A DNA stretch of 64,000 bases, from the NCBI GenBank assembly GCA_032718475.1, contig JAUCBJ010005732.1, positions 1 to 64,000 on the forward strand. Reading direction: 5' to 3'. This DNA comes from Nemertoderma westbladi (Eukaryota; Animalia; Xenacoelomorpha). The notes under the pieces are model-generated. The model was not told the DNA's origin and did not search any database. It worked only from the letters and a program-made list of their open reading frames with translations. The position numbers were made by a program, and so were the translations under genes. Every line of letters starts with the position of its first letter. Within the stretch, counting starts at the first letter, position 1. Below are positions 12,640 through 25,300 of the stretch, one piece after another.

Positions 12640-13420
12640 CGCCACAACTCCCTATCCCCCATGAATTTAAGGAGATTATTCACATTATTCAAAGGCCAGA
12701 GTCCTTTAGGAGGCGTTTCACGAAAGTCACGGGCTGCCACCATGCTTATTCACTCCAAGAGGACGCCGAAGCGCAAGATTATGCACTGGCTGGTTCTGAC
12801 GGCGAAAGCAATGTCCTGCAAAGCGGGGGCGGTTCTGTTCAAGTGTCAAGCTAGGGGAGATTAATGGAACACCTCCAATGTTGTATATAGTCAGATTAAA
12901 TCACATTAAATCCGGTGCATCATTCTTGTGAATGTGCCATCGAGAGATTTGTTATTCTCTGCAGTCAGAGTCCAGCTTGGACTTCCATAAGAGTACTGGT
13001 ACTACTGCTGCCATAAATAATCGAACCTTAAGGTTCCGTTTTATTCTATGGGACTTCCAAATCCTTGTCGGAATGGACTATTTAACGCTGCCCTTGCCTT
13101 CCCCTTACGTATCCGTAGGTTTTCACCTGACTTTCTGATCTATGATCCCAATTAGCAGAAGTCATCCACGTGCTCAAGCCAGCCGTCCTTAGAGCTTATG
13201 CCCTTCCGATCAGACATTTATAAAGGGCTGTCTACTGTAGGTTGACTGTCATGATTTTGGTCTTCTTTGAATTTACAAAAAGATCAACACTAGAAGCAAC
13301 CTGCTCCAATGAGCAGAGGAACCTTTGGGCTCCCTCTAGTGATTCAGTACCCCTATGTTTGTTGCGCAGTCCAGGTCAGGTCAGGTATTCTAGGTCATTG
13401 ATCAAGAAAACTTGCCACCT
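12640..13420 (-). pseudogene. RTE-clade LINE 3' remnant
   Basis: Across frameshifts the minus strand reads NSKKTKIM, LKVRLFMAAVVPVLL, WTLT...LDGTFTRM, RFAGHCFR, MGDRELWR. Confidence 0.8.
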
Positions 13421-14577
13421 CCATGCAGCATAAAGGAGGTACTACCTGTAGCTGCAGACCCTCTTACCGGGGCAAATCTGGTCCTGTAACTAGGACCCCC
13501 TTCGTTCTGGGATAAGGACGCCCTTGGTCCTGGATTAAATTGTAGGAAAAAACCAGGACTGCGGTGTTGGTGACTGGAAATACCGGCAGACACCGCACGC
13601 CAGCGTAATTATAGTGGGAGTTTTCTCTCAACTTCTTTTTAATTTATATTGCTTTGATTTGAAGACGTGGACCCAAATAAATGCCGATTGCTTATTTTGC
13701 CTCTCCGCGTGGGATGTTCAAACATTTATATTGTTTCGTTTATACTAAATTGAACATAAATGGACGACTGGAAAGAAGGAAAAATAAGGAAATCTTTCAT
13801 TGGCTAAGGAAAAGGATTGGGTATTTCAAAAATGAACGTGGTGTCGGTGTCGGTCAAAATTTGGCCGACACCGCAGCTTTTGGAAAAAACAGAGGCCCAG
13901 TTCAGTGTGCCCTAGCACGCTATAGTTATAGTAGTTAGTAAAGCTACTAACTGGATATTTAAGTTAAAGTGTGATTTTTTTAATTTTGCATAGTTTGCGA
14001 AACTTATCCGGCCTTCCCTGATTTCTGCATACATTTCAATAAATTTGACAGAGCTTTTGCTGAGAAATTGACTTTCAAACATTGAGCCAGGCTTCGGACT
14101 GACAGACGGACAATATCGATGTTAACCTCTGTACTGTACGTACTGCAGTAGCAATACAGGAACGCAATAATTTTTATTGTCCGTTTAAATCCTTTTTTTG
14201 TCCTTTTTTTTTTTGATTTTTTATGTCCTCCAAAAGTCTAATGTTAGGTTCCATGCTACCGGTTTCTCTACTGCTGTTCTCTCAGGCTATCAGTACCGGT
14301 ATTACTGTAGTATATATAGCACTATTTTGCTGTATTGTATGTACAGATGTAGGTATAAAGCAGATATTTCTGTATTTTAGTACCGGTACCGGTGTCACAA
14401 GGAAATCAGCCCCCCCTAGAATATGCCCCCCGGGGCATTATTTTCTAGGATATTATGTCCCCCCGGGCAATTTTTCCTAGGAATTTTAGCCCGGGGGGGC
14501 ATTTTCTCCTTAGGAAATAATGCCTCCCCTCAGGAAAATTAGCCCCCCTCAAAAGTCTGAAAACTGGTACGATACTG

Positions 14578-17301
14578 CCCGGGTTGAGATTCTTAGTATA
14601 TTTCCTAAGTTCTAAACAAGTCTGCTTAGAAAGGCTTAGAACGCTTAGCAACGCTGGTGCAAAGGGTGAGTAAAGTACTTAACAAATTTTCCAATTTCAT
14701 AAAAATGACATTGCAAGTTTATAATGTTTAGTAAGTTGTTGCTATGTGACTGACAAGTATTACAGGATATATAAACGTGCTTTATATGTAACCGATGATA
14801 TATGCAAGCACTTTGCAAGTGTAATGAACTAATAACATGCGCATTACAAATCTAGCATATATCTGTTCTTATATATTCCCGGCACTAGTTCGAACCTGCG
14901 TCGCATTGGTTTGATACTCTTTGTTGCAACCCCCCCCCCCCCTCCCCCATGACATATGTAAACAAATTAATACAGAGACTCAATGTTTTTAATATAAACA
15001 ACATATAAACAAACATATTATTACTGTACGTTACATACACATCAGATCTAAACGCGTAAATACTGTAGGTCTACACTAAAACACAGTTACGTCGGAAAAA
15101 TTTATCCAAAAAGTTCAAAAATGGTATTCCTCATTCTGTTTATGCAATAAAACTATTTAATTCAAATTTGTAATCTTATCAAGCGCTACAGTAGATTACG
15201 ATTTGAGCACGAAATAAAATAGAAAATTTATTACCCGTCATATAAAGTTACCAATAACATCATCATATTATATTATAACTATATGGATTGCAGCAATTGT
15301 ATTTTGAACATTAGGGTTAACTTTTCCCAACGAAAATAGTGGTTCAATGAATAAATTAAAATTAGAAATACATACACAGAAACATTAAAAATGATTTTAG
15401 ACATGTTCAAAATCATTAATACAAGGAATTCCAAATAATGAAGTGCTACGGCTACCATTCATAGTACTGGTATTGTAGATATAGATATAAGGTTATTATT
15501 GAGATTAGATGCAGGATAACTAGCGGTTCATTGTGGTGGTCCAGTTGAATTTTAGGGCATTTTTTTTACAATTTCGTTACCGGTACTACCCGGTGTCTGT
15601 GAGAAAAGACGGTTTCCTTGGGAAAATGTCTGGAAAACACAGAATAAAAAATCAGGGAAAATATTTTTAAAGTAGGCCTACTTTTTTATCTTCATTTTGT
15701 TATTTTTTATTGGGAGCTGACGCTCCCATACCCCAGACCCCCGTTTAGTACAATGAAACGGCTTTAACAATAATATAATATAAAGCAAAATTACAATTAA
15801 TATTATACTCTGAGAGTTTTACAAGAACCTACAGTAACTATAATGCCAAATAGATAACATAGATACAAATAAGAGAAAGCACAACACATTACATAGTTTA
15901 CAGATTCAGTTTACAGCGTCAGACGAGTGGAGTGATCGGCAATCCAGCTCCATCCTCCGTACCCAGACCACTGTGCCACTATAGCCTCGACTCCCTGATG
16001 CAATGAGAAGCCCCTCGAACTATGGCGAACTGCACACGGCGGCGAACCCACTCCATGACGGTGCTATAAGGTCTGTCCCAGTTGTGGTGTAACCTATCAG
16101 CGAAGATACTCGGGAGCTTGTTGGCATGCGGTGCCAGAACTCCATTCTACGGAGAGACAAGAGACTACGAAGGGTGCAAAGTCAGCTCTCCTCTGTCTCG
16201 CTGGTTCCACATATAGTGCGGTTTTAGCGTCCTCCACAGATTCTAGGACCCTCATCGGGGGGCGTCGCGCATATGGCTCGGCGTCATCGGTTTACGACCC
16301 TGATATCTAACAACGCCTGACTCTGCCGGTTGAATGCCCCCCGAACTCATACATCACACCAAGTCCTGTCTCTCCACTTAATCCAGGCTGGTCTCTGACT
16401 ATGGGTTCCGACTGTCACGTTTCGTGGTCCAAATGCTAGAGAGGCCAGATCCCCAACAACATCACGGAGTTCAATATATGTATTTGGATTATGAGGCCTT
16501 TTTTAAATTCCAATTCTTCCAAAGTCAATTGTTATTAATCAAATTTCACTAACATTCAAATAACTTGAATTTTAATTGTATCAATTAGGCATTAATTCAA
16601 TTAAATTGTCAATTAGCAACAATCGGACAATTAGGCAAACCATAAATATTTCATTAACGATATAGACACTAGACAGTACAAACAAAACAAATAAACAATA
16701 AACAAAACAAGTATACAACAGGCACTAAACAATTAAAGATTACAAAACTCTATAAAGAATAACAAAATTAAAGAGTACAAAATACAATAAACAATTGAAT
16801 TGAAGTAAACAAACAGCAATAAAGCTACCAGTATAAATTAAAGTAACAAAACCTTATACAGTACACTATTTATTAAAGTAAGCAAAACTCATTAAGCAAT
16901 TAAACGTAAATAAAGAAAACTCTATAAACGCAACTCTGCATTAGGCCTACTGACCACAAAATGACTGAATGAGTCATTTATTGGCGGTGGATCATGTGAC
17001 TGATTTTTAATTGCAATGCGTGTCAAGCACCACTAAAGTTCTTATTAAATTTTTGTCAAGTTATAAAGTCAACGAAAGTATGTTCTAGGTATACAAAATT
17101 TGTTAAAAATTTGGTAAGTGCATTGCATGATAAGTGCCCACCCAAATATTTCTTAAAATCTATACTGTACTTGGCAAGTATTTTTTAATTCCTTAACAAA
17201 TAATGCAAAATGTGGTAATTGTAAAAATTTAGTAAAATTATCATGCCAGTACCTTGCCATTAGGTAGTACTTTACTAATATGATAAGATTCTCAACCCGG
17301 G
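14578..17301. mobile_element. Nested TIR element with CCC termini and a 2-bp TG TSD (EnSpm/CMC-like)
   Basis: CCCGGGTTGAGATTCTTA at the left, TAAGATTCTCAACCCGGG at the right, TG flanking both ends. Confidence 0.7.
15930..16470 (-). pseudogene. Remnant of a non-LTR retrotransposon with a restriction-like endonuclease (CRE/HERO-like)
   Basis: SEPIVR...DAEPY...RRADFAPFVVS...WDRPYSTVMEWVRRRVQFAIVRGASHCIR...LGTEDG. Confidence 0.65.
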
Positions 17302-17529
17302 TGGTCTGCTGGTAGCCACTTTTAATCTACCAACTGCAGAACTTGTAATAGTTGGAAGAATAGTACGGTACCGGTCTGCCGGTAGGTAAGCAGGTAAGGC
17401 AGTAAGGGATGTAGAACAGCATACTGAAGTATCTAAGTCAGTACTGCAGTAGGCTACTGTAGTAAGTACTGGTATAACAGCAGTGCGAGTGTTGTGTGGG
17501 CGCCGAGCAGCTCCAAGCTTTTTTAAGTC

Positions 17530-17850
17530 TGTAACCTGCTCCTTTTCCTGATTTGGTAAAGTGATTGTTTATTGTTTTGGTTTGAAAATCCCGCCTCTGT
17601 AACCTGCTCCTTTCTCTCAATTGGCAATGTTATCGTTTATTGTTTTGGTTAGAAAATCCCGTCTCTGTAACCTGCTCTTTTCCCTGATTTGCTAAAGTGA
17701 CTGTTTATTGTTTTGGTTAGAAAATCCCGCCTCTGTAACCTGCTCCTTTCCCTCAATTAGTTAAATGATCGTTTATTGTTTTGGTTAGAAAGGCCTGCCT
17801 CTGTAACCTGCTCTTTTCCTTCATTTGGTAAAGTTACTGTGTTTATTGTT
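17530..17850. repeat. About 69-bp minisatellite, array 1
   Basis: Tandem units of GTTTATTGTTTTGGTTAGAAAATCCCGCCTCTGTAACCTGCTCCTTTCCCTCAATT... Confidence 0.9.
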
Positions 17851-18282
17851 TTGTATAATTTTTGTAAGTTTTAGTAGTAATAAGTTTTGTTTATTGTATA
17901 ATTCAGGGGGGGCATAATTTCCTAAGGGGGGACATTTTTTCCTAGGGAAATTTGCCCGGGGGGGCATTTTTTCCTAGGAAAATATGCCCCCCCGGGCACA
18001 TTTCCCGGGGGGGCACATTTTCCTGTTACACCGGCACCGGTACTGCTATAGGCCTACTGTGTAGCCTACCATTTAAATACGGTAATGGTAGGCCTACCGG
18101 TTGTGCTAATAAATTTTAAATAATTGATAGGCCAAACTGGATTGCAGGATTGTGGAAAATGTGGATATACCTTTCACATAATTTAGGCCTTACTGTATTA
18201 GTTTTATAATCAATAATGGATCATGACTACTGTCTGAGTAGTGTTACGGATAGCGGCACCACTACTTCCAACAGCACAGAAG

Positions 18283-18750
18283 GCCCGCCTCTGTAACCTG
18301 CCCCTTTCCCTCAATTAGTTAAATGATCGTTTATTGTTTTGGTTAGATAATCCCGCCTCTGTAACCTGCTCCTTTCCCTCAATTGGTAATGTTATCGTTT
18401 ATTGTTTTGGTTAGAAAATCCCGCCTCTGTAACCTGCTCCTTTCTCTCAATTGGTAATGTTATCGTTTATTGTTTTGGTTAGAAAATCCCGTCTCTGTAA
18501 CCTGCTCCTTTCCCTCAATTAGTTAAATGATCGTTTATTGTTTTGGTTAGAAAATCCCGCCTCTGTAACCTGCCCCTTTCCCTCAAATAGTTAAATGATC
18601 GTATATTGTTTTGGTTAGAAAATTCCGCCTCTGTAACCTGTCCCTTACCCTCAATTAGTTAAATGATCGTTTATTGTTTTGGTTAGAAAATCCCGCCTCT
18701 GTAACCTGCTCCTTTCCCTCAATAAGTTAAGTGATCGTTTATTGTTTTGC
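18283..18750. repeat. About 69-bp minisatellite, array 2
   Basis: Same unit, about 7 copies. Confidence 0.9.
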
Positions 18751-20691
18751 TACGTCATGTGGTAATCGATTATCGACAACAACCACAAACTATTAAATAT
18801 AGAGTCTTTTTACCACAGGCGCATATGGAAATCTATCTTATAGTCTATAAATCATGGAATCATAGAATGTTTTGGGACAGGCATAGTGAAATCAACTGTC
18901 TGACAGTCCAGAAATCAGCATTCTGACAGTTTGAAGAAATACATACATGAAAAGTCATTAAAAGGACAATAAAAGTCATTAAAAGGACAACAAAAGTCAT
19001 TATGCATAATTCGTAAAAAAAAATGACAAAAAAAGTCAAATAAAAGGACATAAAAAATCACTGCCATACAGGAAAAAACTCATTTATTTTGTACTCATAC
19101 ATTTTATACCTAAACGGGTGGCCCTTCTAAATTGATTTAGATATTGTTCAGTTATGCGCATGCGCCAGGCCCATTCCATGTAGGTGATAAGAAGGACGCT
19201 GTGATTGGCCATTTATCTGTTTGCTGGACGAATAAGAAAGCTAGTAGCTACTCATATCCAAGTAAAAACCGGTTTACTGAATTTTATGCAATATCAACGA
19301 CAACTTACTGGAACCGGTAAAAACCAGTTTTGTTATTATATGGTTGCAAAACAGACCTATATTATTATTACTCTTCAAGATTTTATATTGAATTTTGTTT
19401 TTAGATTGTATTGAATTTATCTTATATCCTATTCTGATTTTGTACCGTAAAATGTATTCGTATCTATAGATATGTATTAACCCAATTATTTGTTTGTGTT
19501 GGTAATTTTGCAAATCAGTATGCGATAAAGACATCCAGCGATCGGTTCGGAATTAAAACCCCATTGTTTTAACATGAGAGGCACATTCTCCGTCTAATAA
19601 TTATGGAGTGAGGAGGTCGAGCCGTACCGGCCGACTGCAGGGGCCCAAAATGGATGGATGATGTTACACAACACGAGTGAAACATAAGGGCAGTAAGTTG
19701 GACTGGGCAAGCCACAAGGGGAGGGGGGTCTCATTAGGTTGATGTACACAATTCTATTAGGTTAACTGGTGCTTTAACTATTTCCTGTACTTGGGTTTGG
19801 GCCAAAATAAACCGGGATACCCCATCATAATAACCACAGGCAGCACGGAAGTGCAAAGGGGGGGGGGGGGGGGGGGGGGGGGAGAGTGTTGATATATATT
19901 TGCATTTGGTATCAGCGCTCATCGTTTTGGCTAGGTTTGGGTCTCATTGGGATACTAATATTCATTTCACTTCATCTTAAATTATTTTGACCTTTTGTTT
20001 GGGGTGAGTAAGCTTATATACCAAGTTTCAGCTACAGCATTATTCACAGTCCAGCAGTAAATGTATTTGGGGTATTTAGATAGAGTTAATCATCTCTCGC
20101 AATCATTAGTTGGACACTCTTACAGTTACTTTACAGAGTAGAAGTGAAAATTAGAGAATATCGGCAAATTCATCCACGAGATAACCAGGTTTAGTATTGC
20201 GTATAGTTTCCTTCCTTTTACTACTGTACTACCGTCGACAGTGGTGTGGTGTATAGAAATATACAGAATTTGTTTTAGTGGGAAAATTTAAGATAAATTG
20301 TTGTTTATATTTTGTAAATTGTACTCGATACAACCCTTACCTATCGGCAGTTTAGTTTGCAGTATATGTGGTGGATAAGGGGCCATCACGCTAGTAAATT
20401 GTATTAAAGGTTGATAATATTAGCAGGCCGGCAGGGATTCCTCACCAACTGGAGTTTCCTTGTTGATCTTTATATAGACCGGTTTATTGTTTTGTTTTCT
20501 TTCGAAACTGATACGTATTGCGATAATTTGATACGTATTCTACAATCGATCTGGCCTGTACTCAACTGTATGCCAAGGCCCACTACGGACTTCGTGGCTC
20601 ACCCCACATTGTGTTGGATTTATTATGTCTAGATTTATATTTCTTTTGTTACATATTTGTTTGATTTAATTTTTTAAATAAATTATTACAG

Positions 20692-20813
20692 GCGATAATT
20701 GTGGCGATGACGTTCTGATACCTCGAATAGAACTAACGACTAAAGAAGGAGATTTCCCTCTAAAGTGGCGTCGTCGTCAGTTTCCCGTCAGGCCCGCCTT
20801 TGCAATGACAATA
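20692..20813 (+). pseudogene. PIF1-family (Helitron-type) helicase fragment, 5' half
   Basis: After a TTACAG acceptor the sequence reads DNCGDDVLIPRIELTTKEGDFPLKWRRRQFPVRPAFAMTI. Confidence 0.85.
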
Positions 20814-21103
20814 TTAATTATTGTATTGACAGTATTGTATTGAGCAATTTATACAGATTAGCAAACAATACTATCCTGTAAACTGCTTGTACTGACCTAA
20901 CCTGTGTACTGTACTGACCTTGATATATCTGTATATGATATACCTGACTTTGGATCCAGAGGACGGTTACACCTCAAACAAGCAATTCTTCCGGCGAAGA
21001 ATCAGATTCTATAGCATTAATACTGGATCGCGGTACCGGTACGGGTACGGCAGATACAACGGCCTCGGCGACGAACACATCCGATATCGAATTACTGCGC
21101 GCA

Positions 21104-22372
21104 GTGCCGAGAGGCAAGCAGAAAACTAAATCCCCAAAGAAACGACCTATAACCAAGGCGATTCGGAACGTCACCAAAGCCGCAACTGGCACCGGACGGG
21201 GGCCTACACTGGAACTGACGGATAAGCGGAAATCATCCCGAGTTATCAAGAAACCGAATGAATCCCCAACAATCCGCAACAGTTCCCAGAGGCCTACTAC
21301 TACCGTGACCGGATGCATGCCGTTGGCTTCACCTAAAACTCACACTCCGACCTCGGAGCTTGAGCAGTCTGGTGCAATGGCCAACGATACAGGGAACGAT
21401 TCGAGTAGTATTTGCCCTCACTGTAATAAGAAAGTTGGGTCAACAAACCCATTACGCTGTAATATTTGCGTTAAACTGATTCATTGTTCTTGTTTGAATA
21501 TAACCGAGATTGAAGCTACTCTGATATCAAAGTGCAAAAACTGCAAAATAATGTGCAACCTGTGCGACTCCGACGGGAAATCGTTCAGTCGTCACTCAAC
21601 AAGTTTGGTGGAAGAGGTTAAACAGGTGGTCGTTTCACAGATGACAGGGTTTAGCGACAGTCTGGATACATTGCAAAAGGAGGTCCGTGAGCTAAAAACT
21701 GGTGGACGGGCCAACAATCCCGAGTTCGAGGAGGTCTCGGACTTGGACATGGACGAGGAGGATGGAGTCGAGTGGATTATCCCGAAGGATAAATGGCGCT
21801 TGAAAACAAAAAGGAAGAAAGCCCCAACACCATTCGCACAAGTAGTGCAGGATTCGGTACGTGACGCTTTAGAAATACAGACAAAACATGATCAAGTTAA
21901 GAGAGAAGTTATAGTCTCCCGATTGGAGGAATCTAAATCCCCGAAGGATGAAAGGAAGACTATCTCCGATATCTGCACCGTGGCAGGTGTAAGCCCAAAT
22001 ACAGTTACAGACATAGTTCACCTTGGTCGACCGGTGGATAAAAGGAACAGGTTGTTAAAAGTGACCTTCACTACGGAACAAGATGCCAGAGACTTTTGGG
22101 TAGGTTTCGATGATTCGAAAAGCTCGGAGACTCCATCCATATACGATAAACTTACGGTACGCCCGAGCCGGACAGAGGAAACCGAACGCCATATCCGTTC
22201 TCAACGGAAGATAGTGAGTCGAATGAACAAAGAGATAAAAGATAGCGATGAGGACAATACTACTTCCAGCTACAGCATCCGCCCCGATGGTACGATATGG
22301 AAGTTTGTAAAGCAGGACGATGGTTACTGGAGACGTGATCGCTCTTGGAAACAGGAGCAGGAAAACGAGTAA
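21104..22372 (+). CDS. LINE ORF1p with PHD finger and coiled coil (true start uncertain)
   Basis: CPHC...CNIC..IHCSC...CNLC; coiled coil LDTLQKEVRELK; LGRP...RLLKVTF. Confidence 0.85.
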   Translation: MPRGKQKTKSPKKRPITKAIRNVTKAATGTGRGPTLELTDKRKSSRVIKKPNESPTIRNSSQRPTTTVTGCMPLASPKTHTPTSELEQSGAMANDTGNDSSSICPHCNKKVGSTNPLRCNICVKLIHCSCLNITEIEATLISKCKNCKIMCNLCDSDGKSFSRHSTSLVEEVKQVVVSQMTGFSDSLDTLQKEVRELKTGGRANNPEFEEVSDLDMDEEDGVEWIIPKDKWRLKTKRKKAPTPFAQVVQDSVRDALEIQTKHDQVKREVIVSRLEESKSPKDERKTISDICTVAGVSPNTVTDIVHLGRPVDKRNRLLKVTFTTEQDARDFWVGFDDSKSSETPSIYDKLTVRPSRTEETERHIRSQRKIVSRMNKEIKDSDEDNTTSSYSIRPDGTIWKFVKQDDGYWRRDRSWKQEQENE

Positions 22373-25300
22373 GGGGAGAAACGCGCCAGATTTATCAGCG
22401 CAAACAGTCGAATGCAACCAAATCAGACTCACGGCGAAATGAACAACCCAAATCTGGTAATCGCTACCACAAGCGAAATAATCAATCTGTCCCTAAGGCG
22501 CTACTTAACTGCTGCTTGATAAATGCGCGTTCATCAGTCTGTAACAAACTGAGCAATCTAGAATCGCTGCTATGTCCACCAAATTATGATATCGTAGGAG
22601 TGACAGAATCATGGCTACGTGATTCTGTGACGGACCAAATGATAAACGGTGAAAATAAATATGATGTTTTTAGAAATGATAGATTTGGTAAAATTGGTGG
22701 CGGTGCAGCGCTGCTAATTCGAAACAGCATTAAATGTCCCAAGGTGGAAAGTTTCGATACTGAATGTTTGGCTACAGAGGCCGATGTAGTGGCTGTTGAT
22801 CTTTTAGGTAAAAACCCGTCTCGTATAATCTGTGTCTATCGTCCCCGACCTAACTTACCTTCTGATTCTATATTGTGCAATTTGTTAGCTAAATTATGCG
22901 ACATTGAAACGCCGTGTACTATTATTGGTGATTTTAATTTACCTTTAGTTAAATGGGAAGAATCGGAATTTCCCGACACAGATATATATAAGGTGTTTTC
23001 AACGTTTGTTATGGAAGCTGGTTTATCTCAGCTCCAGTTCAGCCCTACACGTAGCAATAACGTTTTAGATTTAGTGTTTACCACAGATCAATTCTATATT
23101 TCTAACATTGCAGTTACGGTACCATTCGCAACTAGCGACCATAGTAGCATTTTAATCTTTTAGGACTGATTCCAGTTTCCACCGAGAACCGGGAATGCCA
23201 CGGATTTTACGATTTTAAACATGCTGATTACGCAGATTTTACTAACTACATCAACAGTTGCGATTGGTCTAATTTATATCTAATGTGTAATACAGTAGAT
23301 GATTTTTGGAATGCTTTTTCTTGTAAACTAAAAACGGGTATTGATCAGTTTGTGCCTTTTAAACAATTTAAATCAATCATCAAACCCCACCCAGAACATA
23401 TTCGTGTTTTACAGTGCAAAAAGAAACAGCTGTGGCGTCGCCGGCACACAACCGGGGGCAAAATAGCATATGATCAATGTGCTAAAGAAGTTTCTAAGGA
23501 AATCTTCCGTGCGGCTTGCATAAAGGAGAATAAAATTTTATCTTCCGAAAATAAGAGTACCCTTTTCAATTACGTTAACTCCAAGCGTAAAGGAAAGTCG
23601 GGAATTGCCCCTCTGAAACATAAGGGGGATATAGTGGTCGATGATTTGATAAAAGCCCGTATTTTCGCTGAAGTATTAAGCGAAAATTTTAATTTAGATA
23701 ATGATAATATACCTAGTTTTAAACGTAGGATTGATTCTAGAACCAATTTATCAAAAGTTGATTTCTGTCCCGTTACAGTATATGCTATGCTTAGGAAACT
23801 TAAAAAAAAGACCAGCCGTACACCTGACGGATTACCGAACATTCTCTTCTCAAATTTCTCTCGCTGCATTGCGGCACCACTATCGGCACTTTTCAAAATT
23901 TCTTTTGAATATCACGCGTTACCGACGATATGGCTTACAGCCAATGTCATTCCGCTATACAAAAAGGGAAATCCGTCAGACCCGTACAATTACAGGCCAG
24001 TCTCATTAACATGTGTAGCGTGCAAATTCTTTTGATTCTATTATACATTCAAAGCTATTGATTAAACTGTCTAGTTATGGGATTTCGGGCGACCTATTAT
24101 CTTGGCTATCGGCATTTCTCAGTAACAGAACCCGAAGAATATTTGTTGGAGATAAATATTCCGACTACTGTCGGGTCGTATCCGGAACAATACAGGGCAG
24201 TGTCCTCGGACCGGTTTTGTTCCTGATATACATAAACGACTTACCACCGCTTTTGGACAGGGATAACGTGTCCTGCCGTTTATTTGCCGATAATGTCAAG
24301 CTATATGGTCCGTCCAATGAAAGTCATAGTCTGAACGCTAGCCTCTCTAGGTTAGAGACCTGGGCCAACCTTTGGCAGCTAAATATAGCCCCGGATAAAT
24401 GTATGGTTCTACATATAGGTGCAAATAATAATAATTACAATTATGTGCTAGGCAATAAAGTGATAAAGAAGGTTACGAAATGTAAAGATTTAGGTATTAT
24501 TATATCTGCGGATTTGAAGTTTGATAAATACTGTAAACAACAGTGTACAAAGGCTTTTAACATAACTAATATGATATTTCGTTGCTTTAAGACTAGCAAT
24601 AAAGGTGCAATATTAACAGCCTATAAATCATACGTTAGACCGATTCTAGAATACTGTACACCAGTATGGTTGCCTTTTTCATTAGGCAGTATTGATCTTG
24701 TGGAGAGTGTCCAGCGATATTTTACACGTAGATTGTTTAGCCGTTGCAATATTAGTTACAAACCGTACATATATAGAATACAACACCTTAATTTACAACC
24801 GCTGGAAGTCCGACGATATATTTTTGATCTAAAGTTACCAGTGCCGGATTAACCTTAAGGCATATAAGGCACGTGCCTTAGGGCCAGACGAAAATACGGG
24901 CCATTTTTTCTCAGCGAGTCTGTGAAAAAAACTATTTTTATCTGAAAAGTCCACATTTTTTCTCACTAAAATTTCTAGAAAACAGAACAAAGGTGCATTT
25001 TTCGACTATTTCCTATCACTAGATTTGTGGTAGAAATTGCAAAATTGTAGCTCAATCGACCGACAGCTGCTTGTGTTATTAGTTCAAGACCGGATAGCAG
25101 TGAAATAATAAAATATGGGCAGTAAAACATTAAAGTGCTAATTATGAACAATGGAGAATTTAATTTTATTTATTTGTGGGGAATTATTTGTAGTTATGTA
25201 CTTAAAACTTTCTAGAACAACTAAATACAAGATGGAATTTCATTAAAATTTCCAGAAGGTCGGAGTAACTATCGAGACACACCAGGAACCTAAAAAAATT

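Larger units (their letters stand above)
14389..18034. mobile_element. Non-autonomous TIR element (CCGGTGT(C/A)ACA ends, GC-run subterminal repeats)
   Basis: Left end CCGGTGTCACAAGGAAAT; right end ATTTTCCTGTTACACCGG. Shared CCTAGGAAA and CCCCCCGGG repeats at both ends. Confidence 0.65.

Noticed and set aside
12535-12864. Tyrosine-recombinase-like pattern (LRR..T...HS..T) in a plus-strand ORF
   Set aside because: The minus strand is clearly an RTE LINE remnant (RFAGHCFR, DRELWR); the plus ORF is its antisense shadow.
18860-20640. Short exon-like segments upstream of the PIF1 fragment
   Set aside because: Splice-like signals are present but I could not recognise any protein motif.
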